Below, one piece after another: positions 9,486 through 19,171 of a DNA stretch of 64,000 nt. The stretch comes from Rikenellaceae bacterium (GTDB taxonomy: Bacteria; Bacteroidota; Bacteroidia; Bacteroidales; Rikenellaceae), in the NCBI GenBank assembly GCA_031549665.1, contig JAVBPJ010000010.1, forward strand, positions 5,671 to 69,670, given 5' to 3'. The translations under genes and the position numbers were made by a program. Each line of letters starts with the position of its first letter. Within the stretch, counting starts at the first letter, position 1. A model generated the notes under the pieces. That model was given only the letters and a program-made list of their open reading frames with translations, searched no databases and was not told the origin of the DNA.

Positions 9486-10430
9486 TTAGAAGGTGATGCT
9501 TACGATGATTTGCTCGAACTCGGCGGGAATGATCTGGAATCCCGGATCGCCCGAGGAACCGAAATCGAGGAAGATGATGTAGGGGGTACGCGGCGGAACG
9601 CGGTAGGGAGAGTCGTAGGAGAGTACCTCGGTTTGATTGCGGTATATTTTGATGGTCAACCGTTCGGAGCCCTGCGTGGGCAACAGGTTGAACATGGGGG
9701 TGCAGGGGTTGGAATCTTCGATCACCGTAGCGGGCTGGTAGCTCATCTTGTCGCCATAGAGCGATCCGCCGATGTTGTAGCGGCTCGAGGTAACGCCCAC
9801 GGTAAAGGTAAATTGATCCTGGGCCAGTCCCGAGGGGCCGAACTTGCTGTCTGCCCAGGCGGCCAAATTTTTTGTTTTGATCTTGACGGCGCCGGTGCGC
9901 GGTTTCAGATGCAGGTAATAGACAATGTTCTTGTCGTTGTTGGGGTTGATGTCAAAGGTGTTGGCATCGTACATGAAGTCGATCGGCGACTGGGCGAACC
10001 CCACCTGATGGGCCAGGGGAGTGAGGGCGAAAAGCAGATCGGTTTGGGCGTAGGCTTGCCCGACAACCAGTTGCGAAAAGGTGGCCGGAAGATCGGTAAC
10101 GCTGTTGTCGGTACCGACGGCAACGACACGGATTTTCGGATAATCTTTGTAGGGCAGCGGAATGACGGCGCCTACCGGGGCCTGGTGCGTCCCAAGCAGG
10201 ATGCCCTGTTCGCTGAAGACGTAGATCAACGCCTGGGTCGGCTCGATCATCTGCGAAACGTCGTTCGCAGCGAAGGGAGAGAGGTCGAAGCTGTCGTCGG
10301 CGTCCGGATCCATCAGCACCCGCAGCATGTAGGGCTGGTAGCAGCGGTCCATAAAGTCGTCCTTCACGTCGCAGCCGGTCAGGACCACCGCGCAAAGCAG
10401 GACAAATAGACTTTTAAACGAAAACTTCAT
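9486..10430 (-). CDS. FimB/Mfa2-like fimbrial anchor lipoprotein
   Basis: Lipobox VLTGC followed by DVKDDFMDRC; LIYVFSEQG; last gene of fimbrial cluster. Confidence 0.7.
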   Translation of the reverse strand: MKFSFKSLFVLLCAVVLTGCDVKDDFMDRCYQPYMLRVLMDPDADDSFDLSPFAANDVSQMIEPTQALIYVFSEQGILLGTHQAPVGAVIPLPYKDYPKIRVVAVGTDNSVTDLPATFSQLVVGQAYAQTDLLFALTPLAHQVGFAQSPIDFMYDANTFDINPNNDKNIVYYLHLKPRTGAVKIKTKNLAAWADSKFGPSGLAQDQFTFTVGVTSSRYNIGGSLYGDKMSYQPATVIEDSNPCTPMFNLLPTQGSERLTIKIYRNQTEVLSYDSPYRVPPRTPYIIFLDFGSSGDPGFQIIPAEFEQIIVSITF

Positions 10431-10461
10431 GGTGCAAAGAAGCGATCTTCTTGTTAAAATA

Positions 10462-10495
10462 ACAACCCCCGTTGAACCTTTTCGCAGGGGGTTGT
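10462..10495 (-). terminator. Stem-loop between last fimbrillin and Mfa2-like gene
   Basis: ACAACCCCC...GGGGGTTGT stem, followed on minus strand by TATTTT. Confidence 0.6.
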
Positions 10496-10527
10496 CATGA
10501 TGGAGAGGGAGATAACCCGGTTGATTT

Positions 10528-11964
10528 TTACAGTCCTACGGGATCAAAGACATCCCATGAGGTCGGTTTGACGGTTACGCCCAGGGTGAGCTTGCGCAGC
10601 GGCTGGAAGGGATTGAGGGTGCCTTCGCCGGTGATGTTGGCGCAAATCATGTACTGTACGCCCGCCTTGATGGAGTAGTTGGGGAACTTGGTTCCTATGG
10701 GGTTGGGCGAAACCCGGCCGCCGTTGGGAACGGTGGAGATGCCGCTGATATCTACGGTCCCCGAGTTGTTGATGGCGTGGTTCAACGGAATGGGGTAGTA
10801 GTTGACCGTACCGTCGGCGGGAAGTACCACCGAGGGGTTTTGGGCCAGCTTGGCGTTGCGGTAATCGGTGGTGTAGTAAACGGCCACTCCGATAACGGCC
10901 GTGGTGATCCCCGAGTCGGTCAGGCCGTTGTCGCGGTTTTCCCACAGGTAGAAGTAGCGGTTTTCCCAAGCATCGGCCGTGATGTTCTCCAGCAACGAGG
11001 CCGCGTAGGTGCCGCTATAGCCCGATACGGTGGGGTAATAGGTGGCTGCGCCCGATGAGTTGTCGCCGGGAACCGTCCATTGGAAATTGGTCGAGTTGTT
11101 CAGCCCCTGATAAAAACTGGTCGTTTTGGTGAAGTAGGCTTTGTCCCACGTTTTGCCGTTTTCGGCGGTGGTTTCGGCGTGCGGGAAGAGGTAGGTGGTG
11201 GCCGGAGCATTCAATATGAAGAGGCTTACCACGCGGGTTTTGGTGGCTCCGATGTCGAAGCCCGAGGCGGCTTGTGCATCGACTTCTTCTGGTGTCTGTT
11301 GCGTATTATCGTCGCCGAAAGTTCCGTCCGTGTCGGTGTAGGCGTTGAAGAAACTGATGCTGGTGAAAGAAACACGGGCGGTGAGGAAACCCAGGTTGAT
11401 GTAAGCCGAGGCGGTGTTGTCCACCAGGTTTTTGGCAATGGCGGCCGAACCCACGTGGAACAGGTTGGTGCCCGAGCCGGTGGTGGCCTGCGTGGGAGCC
11501 CCTGCGCTGATCAGGTTCCAGGTAACGCCCTGCATGGCTTGGAGGGCGGTAACCCCGGCGCCCTTGGACGCGATGGCCGAGGCAACGGCAAAACCGGCGG
11601 TTCCGGGAGTGGCCGGATTGCCCGAGTTGGTCAATACGTACACCTTGTCGGCGTTGGCGGTGATGGGAACGTTGTACGTTCCGTTGCCCGAGTCGTCGTA
11701 AACGGTGTAGAACACGGGGACGTCGAGCTCGTTGTTTGCGCGCAGGACAATGACCGACAGGTCTGTGTAGGCTGCTTCGGCCGTGAGGTCGGCTGCGCTG
11801 CCGTTGTTGGCTTTGGTCTTGAGCGAGGGATCCCTGAAGTTGAGGGTCATCATCAACGGTTGTCCGTCTCCCGGGAGGGGATTTTTCCCGTCGAGTCCCT
11901 CTTTTTGGCAGCCGGTCAGGGCGATGGCGGCCAGGGCGCTGAATATGATTGATTTGAATTTCAT
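10528..11964 (-). CDS. Type V fimbrillin (FimA/Mfa1-like lipoprotein), paralog 3
   Basis: Lipobox ALTGC, KTKA processing site, FYLWEN motif, C-terminal strand LGVTVKPTSWDVFDP. Confidence 0.8.
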   Translation of the reverse strand: MKFKSIIFSALAAIALTGCQKEGLDGKNPLPGDGQPLMMTLNFRDPSLKTKANNGSAADLTAEAAYTDLSVIVLRANNELDVPVFYTVYDDSGNGTYNVPITANADKVYVLTNSGNPATPGTAGFAVASAIASKGAGVTALQAMQGVTWNLISAGAPTQATTGSGTNLFHVGSAAIAKNLVDNTASAYINLGFLTARVSFTSISFFNAYTDTDGTFGDDNTQQTPEEVDAQAASGFDIGATKTRVVSLFILNAPATTYLFPHAETTAENGKTWDKAYFTKTTSFYQGLNNSTNFQWTVPGDNSSGAATYYPTVSGYSGTYAASLLENITADAWENRYFYLWENRDNGLTDSGITTAVIGVAVYYTTDYRNAKLAQNPSVVLPADGTVNYYPIPLNHAINNSGTVDISGISTVPNGGRVSPNPIGTKFPNYSIKAGVQYMICANITGEGTLNPFQPLRKLTLGVTVKPTSWDVFDPVGL

Positions 11965-12037
11965 TTCGAATGTGTGTTTTTAGTTCTCTGTGTCGTAAAT
12001 GTTTTTTCTCGACAAATGTTGCGATCGAAGCTCCGTG

Positions 12038-13450
12038 TTAGAGAGTTACCGGATCGAAAACATCCCAGGTCGATTGTTCGATGGTCAGGCCAAGCGCCAA
12101 ATCGCGGCGGGGCTGGAAGGGATTGAGTACCCCGGCGCCGGTGATGTTGGCGTAGATCAGGTATTGCACTCCGCGTTTGGTCGAGTAGTTGGCAAACTTG
12201 CTGCCTGCGGCGTTCGGCGGGTTTACTCCGCTGCCGTTGACTCCGGTTCCGTCGGTGGTTCCGCTGGAGCCGTTATTCACGCCGTTGTTAAGTACGACGG
12301 GGTAGTATTGGATGGTTCCGTCGGCGGGCAGGTTCGGGTGGGTTGCGCGGTAACCGGCGGTGTAGTGTACTTCCGCAGCGATTACGGCAAGGGTGATCCC
12401 CGAATCTTTCAGGCCGTTGTCGCGGTTTTCCCATACGTAGAAGTACTGGTTGGCGACAACACCGCTTGCGGCGGCTTCCTTCAGCGAAGAGATGTAAGAG
12501 GCGTTGTAACCCGACATGGTGGGGAAGTAATCGGCGGTTCCGTCGGTACCGTCCGTCATGTTCGCGTACTGGTAGGCGCTGGTGTTATCCCCGGCGTTGT
12601 CGATCCCTTGGTAGAAAGCGTCGGTTTTGGTGAACAGGGCCGAGCTCCACGTTTTGCCGTTTTCGGCGGTGGTTTCGGCGTGAGGGAAGAGGTGGGTGGT
12701 GGCCGGGGCATTCAGGATGAAGACCTCGGTAACTTTCGTGTTGGTCATATCAAATCCCGAGGCGGCTTGCGCATCGATTTCGTCCTGGGTTTGCACCTGG
12801 GTGGCGAAATCACTGCAGAAGAATTGAACGCCCTTGAACGATACGCGCGAAGCGACAAACCCCAGATTTACAACGGCCTCGGCGGTACCGTCGGTGAAGT
12901 CCATGGTGATGCTGCTGGTGAACCCGGTTTGGGTGAGGGTCGAAGAGCCGGGGGTGCCGGGAGTTGCCGTTTGGGTGGGAGAGCCTCCGTTAAGCAGGTC
13001 GATCGAGAAGGATTGAAAGATGCTTTTTACCGACTCCGTGCCTTTGCCGCTTATCGCCACGGCAAGGTCGTTGGCGATGGTACCGCTGGTAGCGGGGTCG
13101 CCGCCGTTCACCAGTACGTATACTTCCGAGGCGTTTTCGGTGATCTCCATCGAGATGGTTTGGTCAACGATGGTTCCTCCCGCCGCAAAGGCGGTGTATA
13201 GGGGGTTGACGTCGTACTCGCCGTTGGCTTTCAGAACGTAAACCGTGGCATTGTTCATCAGGGCCTCGTTGTTGCGGCCGGCGGTGTTGTTTGCTTTGGT
13301 TTTTGCCTGCGAACTGGCGAAACCGAGATCCAGGACCAACGGACGACCGTTGCTCTTTACGCCTTCGCCGGGTGTGTTGCCGGCCTCTTTTTGGCAACCG
13401 ATCAGGGTAACTGCTGCCAGGGCGCTAAGTATGATTGATTTGAATTTCAT
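12038..13450 (-). CDS. Type V fimbrillin (FimA/Mfa1-like lipoprotein), paralog 2
   Basis: Start MKFKSIILSALAAV at 13450; lipobox LIGC, KTKA, FYVWEN, C-terminal WDVFDPVTL. Confidence 0.8.
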   Translation of the reverse strand: MKFKSIILSALAAVTLIGCQKEAGNTPGEGVKSNGRPLVLDLGFASSQAKTKANNTAGRNNEALMNNATVYVLKANGEYDVNPLYTAFAAGGTIVDQTISMEITENASEVYVLVNGGDPATSGTIANDLAVAISGKGTESVKSIFQSFSIDLLNGGSPTQTATPGTPGSSTLTQTGFTSSITMDFTDGTAEAVVNLGFVASRVSFKGVQFFCSDFATQVQTQDEIDAQAASGFDMTNTKVTEVFILNAPATTHLFPHAETTAENGKTWSSALFTKTDAFYQGIDNAGDNTSAYQYANMTDGTDGTADYFPTMSGYNASYISSLKEAAASGVVANQYFYVWENRDNGLKDSGITLAVIAAEVHYTAGYRATHPNLPADGTIQYYPVVLNNGVNNGSSGTTDGTGVNGSGVNPPNAAGSKFANYSTKRGVQYLIYANITGAGVLNPFQPRRDLALGLTIEQSTWDVFDPVTL

Positions 13451-13519
13451 TTCGAGAATGTTGTTTTGTATGTTTCTTATGCGTTTGTGCAAAGGATGTG
13501 TTGTGTGTCAGGGCGACTG

Positions 13520-15001
13520 TTAGTTGCCTATGGGGTAAATGGCGTCCCAGCCGGCCGTTTCCAGCTTCAGAACAAGGTTCAGGTTCGGCTCGAAGGGGTT
13601 GATGACACCCGATCCGGTGATGTTGGCGTAAACAAGGTACTGCACGCTCCGTTTGATGGAGTAGTCGGCAAACTTGCTTCCGGCGGCGTGCGGAGGGGTG
13701 ATCCCGCTGCCGTTGACCCCGGTTCCGTTGGTGGTTCCGTTGGCGCCGTTGTTCACCTTGTCGTCGAACACGACGGTGTAGTAGAGTACCGTTCCGTCGG
13801 GGGCGAGTACGTCGCTCAGCGGAATAATCGTAGACGAGCCGGCGTCGGCGTTGGTAGCGTTGAGGGCGTCTACGAATGCCTGCATGTCGGCTTTGTAGGC
13901 GGCGGTATAGTACACCGCAACGCCGATGGTAGCCAGGGTGACGCCCGAATTCTTGATCCCGTTGTCGCGGTTTTCCCATACGTAGAAGTAGGGGCTTCCG
14001 ACGGCGCCGTTGGTGATTGCTTCGGTCAACGAGGCGGTGGCGATCCCGCTCGAGGTGCTGGCAGCGGGGAAGTAGGCGGCATCGGCGCCTGAGGCGTTAT
14101 TGGGGTCGCTTTCTTGATAAGTGGCCCAGTTGCTGAGGCCCTGGTAGAAGGCGCTGGTTTTGGTAAACAGGGCTTCGCTCCACGTTTTGCCGTTTTCGGC
14201 GGTGGTTTCGGCGTGGGGGAAGAGGTAGGTGGTTTGCGGTGCGTTGAGTACCGAAACGCTCACCACGCGGGTTTTGTCGGTTCCGTCGCCCATGTCGAAG
14301 CCCGAGGCGGTCAAAGCGGCAATCTCGGCGGCGGTCCGGTTGGCGTCGGCGTTGGGTTTGGTGAAGTCGGCCTGGAAGAAGTTAACTCCCTTGATCGACA
14401 CGCGGGCGGCTACGAACGAAAGCCGTACGGTGGCCGTGGCGGTGTTGTTCGTGAAGTTCATCGAGATGTTGTCGGTTTGGCCCGATTGGGTCAGGGTCGA
14501 CGCGCCGGTAGCGGCGGTCTGCGTGGAAGCGTCGCTCGAATTGAGCAGGTCCAGCGAAACGCTCTCCAAAACGGATTTTACCGTGTTGTCGCCTTTGGCT
14601 GCAATGGCCGCGGCGATGCTCTCGGCGATGGTGCCGGTGGTGGCGGGGTTGCCGCCGTTTGCCAGTACGAAAATCTCGGTAGCCTGGTCGGTAATGGTGA
14701 TGTCCACGTTTTGCGTGGCTGCGCTTCCGTTGGCGAATGACGCAAAGTAGACGGGGGCTACGTTCAGTTCGCCGTGTTGGTCGAGTACGTAAACCATCGC
14801 GTTGTTGAGGATGGCTTCGTCGGCGCGCGTGGCGTTGTTGGTTGCTTTGGTTTTGATGCTCGGTTCGCCGATGTTGAGTGCCAACGACATCGGGTGGCCT
14901 GCTCCGGTTTTGTTGGGAGTGTTTCCACCGAGCTGCTCCTTTTGACAGCCGACCAAAACGGTGGCTGCAAGGGCGCTAAGGATTAGGGTTTTGATGTTCA
15001 T
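13520..15001 (-). CDS. Type V fimbrillin (FimA/Mfa1-like lipoprotein), paralog 1
   Basis: Lipobox LVGC, KTKA, FYVWEN, C-terminal LKLETAGWDAIYP. Confidence 0.8.
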   Translation of the reverse strand: MNIKTLILSALAATVLVGCQKEQLGGNTPNKTGAGHPMSLALNIGEPSIKTKATNNATRADEAILNNAMVYVLDQHGELNVAPVYFASFANGSAATQNVDITITDQATEIFVLANGGNPATTGTIAESIAAAIAAKGDNTVKSVLESVSLDLLNSSDASTQTAATGASTLTQSGQTDNISMNFTNNTATATVRLSFVAARVSIKGVNFFQADFTKPNADANRTAAEIAALTASGFDMGDGTDKTRVVSVSVLNAPQTTYLFPHAETTAENGKTWSEALFTKTSAFYQGLSNWATYQESDPNNASGADAAYFPAASTSSGIATASLTEAITNGAVGSPYFYVWENRDNGIKNSGVTLATIGVAVYYTAAYKADMQAFVDALNATNADAGSSTIIPLSDVLAPDGTVLYYTVVFDDKVNNGANGTTNGTGVNGSGITPPHAAGSKFADYSIKRSVQYLVYANITGSGVINPFEPNLNLVLKLETAGWDAIYPIGN

Positions 15002-15084
15002 CTTTGTGGGGTTGTTTTTTGTTTGCTGTTTTCTTGTTCGATTGTTCGGTTGTCTCTTTGGTTTTTCAGGGATTGGTTGGGGGA

Positions 15085-16422
15085 TTATTCAAGTTGTTTC
15101 AGGTTTTCGGCGGCTTGGGCGTCTCCGTTTTCGGCGGCCTGTTCGAGCCACGCCTTTGCCTGTATCGGACGATCGGTCATCAGGTAACAAACCCCGATGG
15201 AGTTCCAGGCCCGGGGGTCGTCGCATACTTTCATCAGCAGGGACAACGCGGTGTCGTACTCTTTTATTGCGATGTGTTCGATGGCCCGGTTGATTTTGTC
15301 GGCGGCTGTGTCGCCCACCACGTCGTAGTAGATCGAAATGTAGCAGGCGCTGCGCAGGTTGGGGTAGAAGTACTTCAGGATGTGGCGGTAGGGTTCGCCG
15401 TCAAGGAGCTTTTTCAGCCGGTTGTTACGGGTTTGTTTGGTTGCGGGGTCGACCAGGGGGGTGTTGTCGATAAAGGCCAGCACTTGGTCGCGGTATTTCA
15501 TGTCGGACGAGGCGACCATGCGGCGCAGGCCGTCCCAGTTTTCGCCCCCGTTGTGGAGTTGGAAAATCGAATCGGGCAAACTGTCGATGTGTTGCTGCAG
15601 GTAGCCCTTGAGCGCCTGGGCGCGGGCTTCGGCCAACCTGATGTTCTGTTGCAGGTCTCCCTCGGGCGAGGCGTAGCCGGTGATGTCGATTTCGTTCATC
15701 CGGGTGAGCGGATTGCTGCGGATCTGCTTCACGGCGTCGGTGATCAAATCCAGGGTCTTTTGGTTGACAAAGAGCGTGGGGTCGATTTCGGTGCGGGCCA
15801 CCCGGAAATCGATGATCAGTTCGTCTTCCTTGAATTGCCACTTTTTGTGCACTTCGCTCACCTGCGCAACCGGAATGCGGGGCGTGTACTGCGGAACGAA
15901 TTTGGCTTCGGGTTCGGCCTGGACGGCCACCTCGGGCTTCGGCAGCAGGTTCGAGGCGAGCGGCTGCGGGTCGAGCGGTTGTTCGGTGCAGCACCCTTCC
16001 AGCTTCCGCTCCAGGCCCAGCGACGAACCGTACATCCATTCGCGCAGGGCGGTCTGGCTTTGGTAACGGGTTCCGACCCCCTGCTTCAACGGTTGTTCGG
16101 GGGCGGGTGTTTTGATGCCGGCCAACCAGCGCTGTTGGGTTTGGCGGCGTTGTTTGTTTTTGCCGATCACAACCATCGGATCCAGGCGGAGGGTGTCCGC
16201 GCCCGACCACAGGTAGGGGGTCAGCGAAAGTTTGTAGTTGCTTTTAACGGCTTTGCGGGCGGGTTCGGCGGTCAGGCCGACGGTTACCTGTTGGCCCTGT
16301 TGTTCTACCCGAACGTCGGAGATCTTCACCGCGAGCTTCGTGGCGGGCTGTTGCGCCGCATAACCCGGTGCGCACAGGCAGGCGCACAGAATCAGGGAAA
16401 GTATGCCGAATGGGTAGCGCAT
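15085..16422 (-). CDS. OmpA-like domain protein (DUF3868 type) with C-terminal TPR, fimbrial-associated
   Basis: ITGYASPEG, NIRLAEARA, GENWDGL, YPNLR, AWNSIGV; signal peptide. Confidence 0.85.
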   Translation of the reverse strand: MRYPFGILSLILCACLCAPGYAAQQPATKLAVKISDVRVEQQGQQVTVGLTAEPARKAVKSNYKLSLTPYLWSGADTLRLDPMVVIGKNKQRRQTQQRWLAGIKTPAPEQPLKQGVGTRYQSQTALREWMYGSSLGLERKLEGCCTEQPLDPQPLASNLLPKPEVAVQAEPEAKFVPQYTPRIPVAQVSEVHKKWQFKEDELIIDFRVARTEIDPTLFVNQKTLDLITDAVKQIRSNPLTRMNEIDITGYASPEGDLQQNIRLAEARAQALKGYLQQHIDSLPDSIFQLHNGGENWDGLRRMVASSDMKYRDQVLAFIDNTPLVDPATKQTRNNRLKKLLDGEPYRHILKYFYPNLRSACYISIYYDVVGDTAADKINRAIEHIAIKEYDTALSLLMKVCDDPRAWNSIGVCYLMTDRPIQAKAWLEQAAENGDAQAAENLKQLE

Positions 16423-16423
16423 G

Positions 16424-16990
16424 TTACTTGATCAGGTAGGTAAGGGTGATCCCCACTTTGGTGGGGGCGGTGAACCAGTTGAAATTATCGCCCAAAAAGG
16501 GGCCGCAGCGGCTGCTGAGGTATTTGGCGTATTCGGTCCAGACGATGCCGTAACCGAGGGTGGCTTCCAGGTTCCAGCGTTTGCCGAGGATCCACTGGTA
16601 GCCGTACGAAAGGCCCGCTCCGGCGGCCCAGCCCTGGTAACGGTAGTATTTTGCGTCTTTGTAGTAGGGAAGCGATATGCCGCCGATGTTGTATTCGGCA
16701 TACCCGGCGTGCAGGCCGAAGAAATGGCCGTTGAAGGCTTCGCAGAGCCAGTAGCGGTACTCGGGCATCACGAGCCAGTGTTTCCACTTCTTGTTGTCGC
16801 TCCATGTCCAGGGGTTGTATCCCCAGGTCAGATCCAACGAACTCTTCCGCCCCAAAGCAACCTCTCCCCCGATGTTCAGGGTGGCGGTTGCCCAGTAGGC
16901 GACGTTGGTCTTTACTGCGATTTGCTGTCCGTGCGTAACGTTCAGGGACAGAGTTAGCAAAAAGAACAAAAAGAGCTTTTTAATTTTCAT
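16424..16990 (-). CDS. DUF3575 outer-membrane protein
   Basis: AVKTN, YNPW, MPEYRYWLCE, NGHFFG, WNLEATLG, PTKVGITLTY. Confidence 0.88.
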   Translation of the reverse strand: MKIKKLFLFFLLTLSLNVTHGQQIAVKTNVAYWATATLNIGGEVALGRKSSLDLTWGYNPWTWSDNKKWKHWLVMPEYRYWLCEAFNGHFFGLHAGYAEYNIGGISLPYYKDAKYYRYQGWAAGAGLSYGYQWILGKRWNLEATLGYGIVWTEYAKYLSSRCGPFLGDNFNWFTAPTKVGITLTYLIK

Positions 16991-17103
16991 TTGGCACGCT
17001 TTGCGTCGGAAGTTCTGTGTTAAACGCTAAAACCTTGCGCTGGTTACAGAAAATTGGATTATTCGACAACAAGCCCCGCTTTCAAGCAAAAAACAGGCCA
17101 AAA

Positions 17104-17147
17104 CTGTTCAGGGGGGAAATTTTCATGAAAATTTCCCCCCTGAACAG
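17104..17147. repeat. Perfect 44-bp palindrome upstream of fimbrial operon
   Basis: CTGTTCAGGGGGGAAATTTTCA directly followed by its reverse complement. Confidence 0.95.
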
Positions 17148-17174
17148 GTATTAAAATGAATGGGAATGCCCTTG

Positions 17175-17954
17175 TTAAGCCGTTACGAAGCTCTTTACCC
17201 CGGGAAGCCTCCGATGCAGTTGGGCTTCGATCTCGAGCAGGCGTTCATGGGGGACTTTGGCCAGTCCCGAAGCGGGAGTCGCCCGGTCGAGCGTGTAGAT
17301 CATCACCTCGGCGGGGGCGATTTTCTCGATCGCGCCGATCCATGCTTCCACCTCGGCGGGAGTGCTGTTGTCGATCGGTTGGCCGTCGATGGTGCCTTGC
17401 AGGAAAAGGGTTTGGACCACCAATTCGCCGTGGAATGTTTGCATCAGCGCAATGGTTTCGTCCAACGGGCGGAGGTGTTGGGGCTGGTTGATGCGGGCGG
17501 CGGTCTCGGGCAGGGCCGAGTCGAGTTTGAGGATGTTGCGGTCGATGCGCATCAGGGCGCGGTGCACCGACTCGCGGTGAATCATCGTGGCGTTGCTCAA
17601 CACGGCGATCTTTGCGCGGGGCGCCAGGCGGTCGCGCAGGGCGATGGTTCCGTCGATGATGGCCTCGAAGTCGGGGTGCATGGTGGGTTCCCCGTTGCCG
17701 GCGAAGGTGATGGCGTCGGGGAGGTCGCCCGTTCGGGCCAGCTCGTTCAGCCGCTTTTCGAGCGATTCGAGGACTTCGGCGGCGGAATTGAACGCTCCGG
17801 GCCGGGTGCGGTCGTTCCAGCCGCATTCGCAGTAGATGCAGTCGAAGTTGCAGAGCTTGCGGTTGGGTTTCAGCAGATTCACCCCGAGCGAACTGCCCAA
17901 CCGCCGGCTCCGGATGGGACCGATGATGATCGAATCGAACAGGAACGTACCCAT
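17175..17954 (-). CDS. Radical SAM protein (TYW1-like family, function unknown)
   Basis: SRRLGSSLGVN, CNFDCIYC cluster motif, TFAGNGEPT; start MGTFLFD at 17954. Confidence 0.85.
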   Translation of the reverse strand: MGTFLFDSIIIGPIRSRRLGSSLGVNLLKPNRKLCNFDCIYCECGWNDRTRPGAFNSAAEVLESLEKRLNELARTGDLPDAITFAGNGEPTMHPDFEAIIDGTIALRDRLAPRAKIAVLSNATMIHRESVHRALMRIDRNILKLDSALPETAARINQPQHLRPLDETIALMQTFHGELVVQTLFLQGTIDGQPIDNSTPAEVEAWIGAIEKIAPAEVMIYTLDRATPASGLAKVPHERLLEIEAQLHRRLPGVKSFVTA

Positions 17955-17965
17955 CGCAGGCGAAA

Positions 17966-19171
17966 TTAAATCAAACGGATCGAGGCGGTGTGGTCGGTCG
18001 GGCGCATCGTCTCGAAATCGATGCCGGTGAGCAGCACGGCTCCGGGATGTTTCCCGACGGCGAAGCTGCCGATCCGGTCTGCCACTCCCAGCCCCTCGGC
18101 GCCTCCCAGCGTGGCCCAGGTCAGGATCGCGCTCAGCGGGATCGACGGGTTGTTTTTGGCCAGCCACTTGATCTCTTCGACCATCGACAGCGAGGTGTTC
18201 GACGACAGGCTGTCGGTGCCCAGGGCTACCCGCACGCCGGCTTTGTAAAACATCTCGGCGGGCGGAAAGGCGCGCTCGATGTAGTAGTTCGAGCGGGGAC
18301 ACAGCACAAAGGTAACGTCGGTGAAGTGGCCGGTTACCTCCTTCAGGTCGGCCTCTTTCATCTGGGTGTTATGCACCAGCAGCATCGGCAGGCCGGCGGG
18401 CAGGCTTTCGACAAGCCTGCGCGGGTGCGATCCGTAGGCGAGAAAATCGGGTTCCATGCCCGATTCGGTCATGAATTCGTACATCTCTCCCGTTCGGTCG
18501 AACAGCCCCAGTTCGGCGGGGGTCTCCATGAAGTGGATCGATACGCGGGGCGAATCGGCGCCCATCTTCAGCAGTTTGTCCGACATCAGGTAGGTGGAGT
18601 GGGGCGAGGGGGTGATCACCAGCCCCATCTCGCGCCCTACGGCTACGTTGGCCGTGTCGCGCCGGTATTGGGCTTCGGCCTGGTCGGGGGCGGGGGTGCC
18701 GAAGTATTCGGCAAAGGTGTGGTAGTACAGGCGGTGCTGGTCGCGGCTTTGCACCTTGGCGGGGAACGAGGTGGTGTCGTTGCTGATGTCGCCGCAGGCC
18801 TGTATGCCGTCGTTCCACATCTCCAGATCGCCCTCCACGGCGCGTTCGATTTGGAGTTCGCGGGGGTAGTTGTTGCGTTTGCCGATCACCTCTTTGATGA
18901 AAGATACCAATCCGGTTCCCTGCGAGATGGCTCCCTTGAAGAAGCTCAATTCCAGGTGGCAATGGGCGTTGGTCATTCCGGGAATGAGGATGCCGTTGTG
19001 GTGTTCGACTCCGGCCTGACGGTCGAGTTCGGCGGGGGTATCGAACCGCTCCACCGACAGCACCGCGCCGTCGGCATCGAAAGTAACCAGTCCGTTTTTG
19101 ATCAGATTACCGTTCCCATCGAGGAGGTAAGGGGCGGAGAGCCGTCGAGTCTTTCGGGGCGTAGCGTTCAT
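17966..19171 (-). CDS. Amidohydrolase family protein
   Basis: PGMTNAHCHLE, PHSTY, IHFME, LCPRSN, LGTDS metal-binding motifs. Confidence 0.88.
   Translation of the reverse strand: MNATPRKTRRLSAPYLLDGNGNLIKNGLVTFDADGAVLSVERFDTPAELDRQAGVEHHNGILIPGMTNAHCHLELSFFKGAISQGTGLVSFIKEVIGKRNNYPRELQIERAVEGDLEMWNDGIQACGDISNDTTSFPAKVQSRDQHRLYYHTFAEYFGTPAPDQAEAQYRRDTANVAVGREMGLVITPSPHSTYLMSDKLLKMGADSPRVSIHFMETPAELGLFDRTGEMYEFMTESGMEPDFLAYGSHPRRLVESLPAGLPMLLVHNTQMKEADLKEVTGHFTDVTFVLCPRSNYYIERAFPPAEMFYKAGVRVALGTDSLSSNTSLSMVEEIKWLAKNNPSIPLSAILTWATLGGAEGLGVADRIGSFAVGKHPGAVLLTGIDFETMRPTDHTASIRLI

Noticed and set aside
10528-15001. Fimbrillin repeats as a diversity-generating retroelement TR/VR pair
   Set aside because: No reverse transcriptase in the window, differences are not adenine-specific, and all copies lie in intact genes.
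17175-17954. Radical SAM gene as the sulfatase-maturing enzyme for the Ser-type sulfatase
   Set aside because: Only about 259 aa with no SPASM cysteine clusters; motifs fit a different family.
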